Below, one piece after another: positions 60,386 to 64,000 of a stretch of 64,000 nt of DNA (position 1 is its first letter; each line of letters opens with the position of its first letter). Position numbers and translations under genes: made by a program. Source of the DNA: an uncultured Gammaproteobacteria bacterium (lineage in GTDB: Bacteria > Patescibacteriota > Patescibacteriia > Magasanikbacterales > GWA2-37-8); assembly GCA_964536725.1 (NCBI GenBank), contig CAZHYJ010000001.1:53018-117017 (forward strand), written 5' to 3'. The notes beneath the pieces are model-generated. The model made no database searches. It was not told where the DNA came from and saw only the letters and a list, made by a program, of their open reading frames with translations.

Positions 60386-60536
60386 TTAAAAATACTTGTT
60401 TCGGTGCCGCGGTCGTCGCGAGTCTTCCTAGGCACCTCAACAATTATTTTTAAAACTCATATTTTTTAAAATTTTTATTGAGAAGCCTAGGGAGCTTCGC
60501 AGCGACCGGGGCTTCGAAATAAATGTTTTAAAAAAT
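60386..60536. repeat. Two oppositely oriented copies of palindromic repeat family P1
   Basis: 60386-60453 matches 36318-36391; 60461-60536 is an inverted variant. Confidence 0.75.
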
Positions 60537-60543
60537 TAAATCA

Positions 60544-61533
60544 CTAGAAAACTTTTATTGGTTTGGTGCCAGGAAAAGTATTAATCATCTTTTTCATACC
60601 CATCGGTCGGAGTAGCCCAAGGTGTGAGCTTGGTTGCTGAATCACGGAACAGCTATTTGCAATCCCCCAAACCAAACAAGTGGTAATATCGTTACCAGTA
60701 ATTTTTGCTGCTAGATATCCGGAAGAAAAAGCATCGCCTGCACCAGTCTTGGCAACTACCTTTACCGGATAGCTTTCCATCTTGTAGACATTTTCTTCAT
60801 CACCCGCCATTGCTCCGCTCGCGGCGTCAGTGATTACCACTTCCTGCGCGCCCAAATTTATCAATTCGTGAATTAACGCTCGTGCACTTTTTTCTTTCTT
60901 TAGAGTTGTGCCCAGTATTTTTTCTGCTTCTTGGCGATTAACAATTAGCAGATCAGTAATTTTTAACATTTCGCGGACAGTTTCCAAAGAGTTTTTTAAT
61001 TGGAATGATCCAGGGTTGTAAGCTAGACGAACAGTGGGGTGTTTTCTTAAATATTTTTCTAGTGATTCCAATAAATTTTCGAAACCTTCAGACAAGCCGG
61101 TAAAATATATCCAATCAACTTCCGGTTCGTTTTTTGGCCAAACATATTGGCGTTTGTGGTGATAGACCAAGATTGTTCGTTCGCCTTTAAAATTTAAAAC
61201 GGTGGAATAGCGGGTGGGTGTTTTTATGTCGATAGTTATCAGGTTGGTTTCGACACCATTGTTTTTTAGTTCGTTAATAACCAACTCACCACTGCTGTCA
61301 TTACCAATCGAGGTGAGGATTGAGGTGGAGACATCAAGTTTAGCGGTGCCGATGGCGACATTGGCGCCATTACCGCCCACTGCCTGAAAACTTTCTTTTA
61401 CTGGAATCTTGGCTGCATAATCTAAACAGAGCTTGCAGTTGGTATGATCAAAATCACACTCCAAAGAAGCATCGTCGATCATTAATTGTGTGTCGATGGT
61501 CGCGTCGCCGATAACCAAGAGTTGTTTGATCAT
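60544..61533 (-). CDS. PfkB family carbohydrate kinase
   Basis: GGNGANVA, NRQEA, TGAGDAF. Confidence 0.9.
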   Translation of the reverse strand: MIKQLLVIGDATIDTQLMIDDASLECDFDHTNCKLCLDYAAKIPVKESFQAVGGNGANVAIGTAKLDVSTSILTSIGNDSSGELVINELKNNGVETNLITIDIKTPTRYSTVLNFKGERTILVYHHKRQYVWPKNEPEVDWIYFTGLSEGFENLLESLEKYLRKHPTVRLAYNPGSFQLKNSLETVREMLKITDLLIVNRQEAEKILGTTLKKEKSARALIHELINLGAQEVVITDAASGAMAGDEENVYKMESYPVKVVAKTGAGDAFSSGYLAAKITGNDITTCLVWGIANSCSVIQQPSSHLGLLRPMGMKKMINTFPGTKPIKVF

Positions 61534-61536
61534 ATA

Positions 61537-61872
61537 TTATCTTTTTATCTCATGCGGACAATTACCACTAGGACATTTGTATTTGGACACCATCTCTTCG
61601 CTGTGCACGTGGCGTCCGATCAATATTTCGATGAGTTCGATAAAAGCACCCACTGTTAAGCCAGCCATTGCAACAGAAAATATTGTGTTACCAATCCATA
61701 GGGCGTACACCAAAAGACAGCCTGCGCCAATGGTAAAGACGGCGTCTTGGCGACGTTCGGCTTCTAAGAAGATGGCATAGGTAATTAAAATTGCTCCGAG
61801 TCCAGCAGCTACATTCATAATGATATCAATGAGTGGCCAGGGGAGCGTAGGAAGAAAACCGGCGAATGGCAT
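61537..61872 (-). CDS. Small membrane protein
   Basis: Three TM helices. Confidence 0.65.
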   Translation of the reverse strand: MPFAGFLPTLPWPLIDIIMNVAAGLGAILITYAIFLEAERRQDAVFTIGAGCLLVYALWIGNTIFSVAMAGLTVGAFIELIEILIGRHVHSEEMVSKYKCPSGNCPHEIKR

Positions 61873-61893
61873 ATAATTAATTTAAAAGTTAAA

Positions 61894-62115
61894 TTATTTT
61901 TTCTTTAATAAAAAAACTTCGTAAACACTGGCGATGGTAAATATTATCTGTAGTGGGATAAATACCGGATCTCTTAGATACGCGCTGTAGCAAAACAATA
62001 ATATGCCGCCGATAATAAAATAATAATTTCTCGGCAGTGCCTTCTTTGTGATCACGCCAACAGTGATAAAAATTAGTCCAAGTGAGCCGAGTATTTTAAA
62101 TATAAGCGGTAACAT
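61894..62115 (-). CDS. Small membrane protein
   Basis: Three short TM helices, similar to neighbour. Confidence 0.65.
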   Translation of the reverse strand: MLPLIFKILGSLGLIFITVGVITKKALPRNYYFIIGGILLFCYSAYLRDPVFIPLQIIFTIASVYEVFLLKKK

Positions 62116-62121
62116 ATATTT

Positions 62122-63069
62122 TTATTCCTCAAACCGATTGAGATATTCAATCGCAGCGAGCGCGGCGATGATACCTTGTCCAGCAGAGATGCCGATTTGT
62201 TTGTAGGGGATATTAGTAACATCACCAGCGGCCAAGATACCAGGCATAGTGGTGTTGCATTTGGCGTCCACCACAATTTCTCCAGTGCGAGTTTTTTCTA
62301 CATTGTCGATAAATTGTGAATTAGGAATCTGGCCCGCGTGCACCATTACACCTTGTACTTCAATAGTTTTTTCTGCGCCAGCTTCGTCGGTATATTTTAG
62401 TCCGCTCACTCGATCGGTGCCCAGCACCTCGGTAGTTTTGGCGCCATAGATTATCTCTACATTTGGTAGTTGTTTTATCTTATCAACCAAAATATTTTCT
62501 CCTTTAGGGAAGCCGCCGTTGTTTTCTGGAGTGTTGGTATATTTACTGATTAAATATACCTTGGTGGCTATAGTGGCCATCATCAGAGCGGATTCTAAGG
62601 CTGCATTACCTGAGCCGATTGTAGCGGTAACTTTGTTGCGGAAAAGTGGACCGTCACAAACTGTGCAATAGGTTACACCTTTTTGGTACATCTCTTTTTC
62701 GTTGGGTATATCCAAGCGACGGGGATGAATACCAGTAGCGATAATTATCGTCTTAGTTTCGTAAGTTTTAACCTCGCCGACTGCGTTTTTGGCGGTGATT
62801 AAATAGTGTTTTTTTACTGGTTCAATTTTTTCTACACGCCAACCCTCGTCGGTTTTTACATCATAAGATTTTACGTGCTTGGCGAAATTTTGTGCCAATT
62901 CGTATCCTTGAATTTCAATAGTCCCGGGCCAGTTGTTCACCACCCCAGATAAGGCTACTTCACCCCCAATATTGTCGCTCACCATAACAAAATCCAGTTT
63001 TCTGCGGGCGGCATAGATAGCGGCGGCAGATCCAGCGGCAGCACCTCCGATAATAACAAGGTCCAACAT
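62122..63069 (-). CDS. Thioredoxin reductase-like FAD oxidoreductase
   Basis: IIGGAAAG, GVTYCTVCDG, AAGDVT. Confidence 0.9.
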   Translation of the reverse strand: MLDLVIIGGAAAGSAAAIYAARRKLDFVMVSDNIGGEVALSGVVNNWPGTIEIQGYELAQNFAKHVKSYDVKTDEGWRVEKIEPVKKHYLITAKNAVGEVKTYETKTIIIATGIHPRRLDIPNEKEMYQKGVTYCTVCDGPLFRNKVTATIGSGNAALESALMMATIATKVYLISKYTNTPENNGGFPKGENILVDKIKQLPNVEIIYGAKTTEVLGTDRVSGLKYTDEAGAEKTIEVQGVMVHAGQIPNSQFIDNVEKTRTGEIVVDAKCNTTMPGILAAGDVTNIPYKQIGISAGQGIIAALAAIEYLNRFEE

Positions 63070-63072
63070 ATT

Positions 63073-63726
63073 TTAAAAAGTTTCTAATGATTTAACTAAT
63101 TTTTCGTATGCCAATTTAATATCTGGTTGTTTTACCAAAGCACTGCCAACACAGAAATAGTCAGTGCCCCAGCTGCTGATCAAAGCAATATTTTCTGGAG
63201 TAACGCCGCCGTCTACTGAGCAGGTCATGTGAGGATATAGTTCTTTAAATTTTTTAATTTTTTCACCCACTGCTGGAATGAAAGGGTTGCCTTGTGCGCC
63301 CGGGGTGACAGTCAAAAACAATACAGAGTCAACGTGGTCCATATATTGATCAATCTTTTCCAAGGATGTTTCGGGATTAACAGACAGTCCAACTGCCCAA
63401 TCAAGTTCACGTGTCAGTTTTATCGCTGCCATTATATCTTCCTGGCTTTCCACCGCAATGACCGCTTTTTTGACCGTTAGTACTTCTGCCCAAGTTTTAA
63501 TTTCTTCTAAAGGGTGTGCCACCATCAAATGTAATTCTAAATCAAGATTGTGGGGGACGGAGTTGATTTCTTTTCTTTCAGAAAAAGATTTGTTTGGTAC
63601 GAATACGCCGTCCATAACATCAATTTGCACGAAAGGGAATATTATTTCTGTAGCAGAAAGGTTGTTCAAAATATTTTTAAACTCAAAGAAGTCGGAAGTT
63701 AAAATTGCAGGGATAATAATATTCAT
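63073..63726 (-). CDS. rpe: Ribulose-phosphate 3-epimerase
   Basis: IDVMDGVFVPN, HLMV, VDGGV. Confidence 0.9.
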   Translation of the reverse strand: MNIIIPAILTSDFFEFKNILNNLSATEIIFPFVQIDVMDGVFVPNKSFSERKEINSVPHNLDLELHLMVAHPLEEIKTWAEVLTVKKAVIAVESQEDIMAAIKLTRELDWAVGLSVNPETSLEKIDQYMDHVDSVLFLTVTPGAQGNPFIPAVGEKIKKFKELYPHMTCSVDGGVTPENIALISSWGTDYFCVGSALVKQPDIKLAYEKLVKSLETF

Positions 63727-63727
63727 A

Positions 63728-64000
63728 TTATTTACTTTCTTCAATTTCTTTAATTTTCTCCAGACGACGTGTGTAGCGGATGCTGTCGGTGCGCAATTCG
63801 GTTTCTAAAAACTTCTTTACAATGGCGGCGGCATGTTCTTCGGACAAGATCCGACCAGCTAAACAAAGTACATTCACATCATCATCACGTCGGGCGAGTT
63901 CAGCACCTTCAATGCTGTAGCCAATGGACGCACGCACTCCTTTTATTTTGTTGGCGGTGATGCACATTCCGTGGCCAGAGCCACAAATGAGGATGCCAAG
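63728..64000 (-). CDS. rpiB: Ribose-5-phosphate isomerase B (5' truncated by window)
   Basis: GILICGSGHGMCITANKIKGVRA, NVLCL, RYTRRLEKI. Confidence 0.9.
   Translation of the reverse strand, partial: LGILICGSGHGMCITANKIKGVRASIGYSIEGAELARRDDDVNVLCLAGRILSEEHAAAIVKKFLETELRTDSIRYTRRLEKIKEIEESK

Overview
AT-rich bacterial chromosome segment. Its gene content suggests Patescibacteria/CPR (VirB2/TrbC-like pilins, an 'ASWWNPFSW' secreted protein, rpoB-rpoC without an adjacent rplL); the taxonomy is inference. Core genes include pilins, rpsO, pnp, ruvB/ruvC, an intein-containing class II RNR with guaB and a PduO-type adenosyltransferase, rpoBC, EpmA-like, rpe/rpiB and 6 tRNAs. A ~23 kb accessory region (7.9-30.9 kb) holds two related large-serine-recombinase (LSR) islands integrated at the 3' ends of tRNA-Gly(GCC) and initiator tRNA-Met. 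Main discovery: after the tRNA-Gly island come five copies of a 27-bp att half-site (GTTCTAACATCCTCTACTAAGGAGCTC-like) spaced 1.08-1.53 kb apart. They delimit essentially single-gene cassettes, each starting with a terminator hairpin, which looks like an integron-like array driven by a serine integrase and anchored on a tRNA. In both islands the att site lies inside the integrase gene. A conserved C-terminal L-x-[DE]-D-[VI]-R-T motif is restored only on the excised circle, and each of the five sites would supply a different tail. Also seen: three long-hairpin RNA leaders of shared architecture, a candidate 6S-like ncRNA and two covarying palindromic repeat families. All calls come from reading the sequence by eye; no searches were run.
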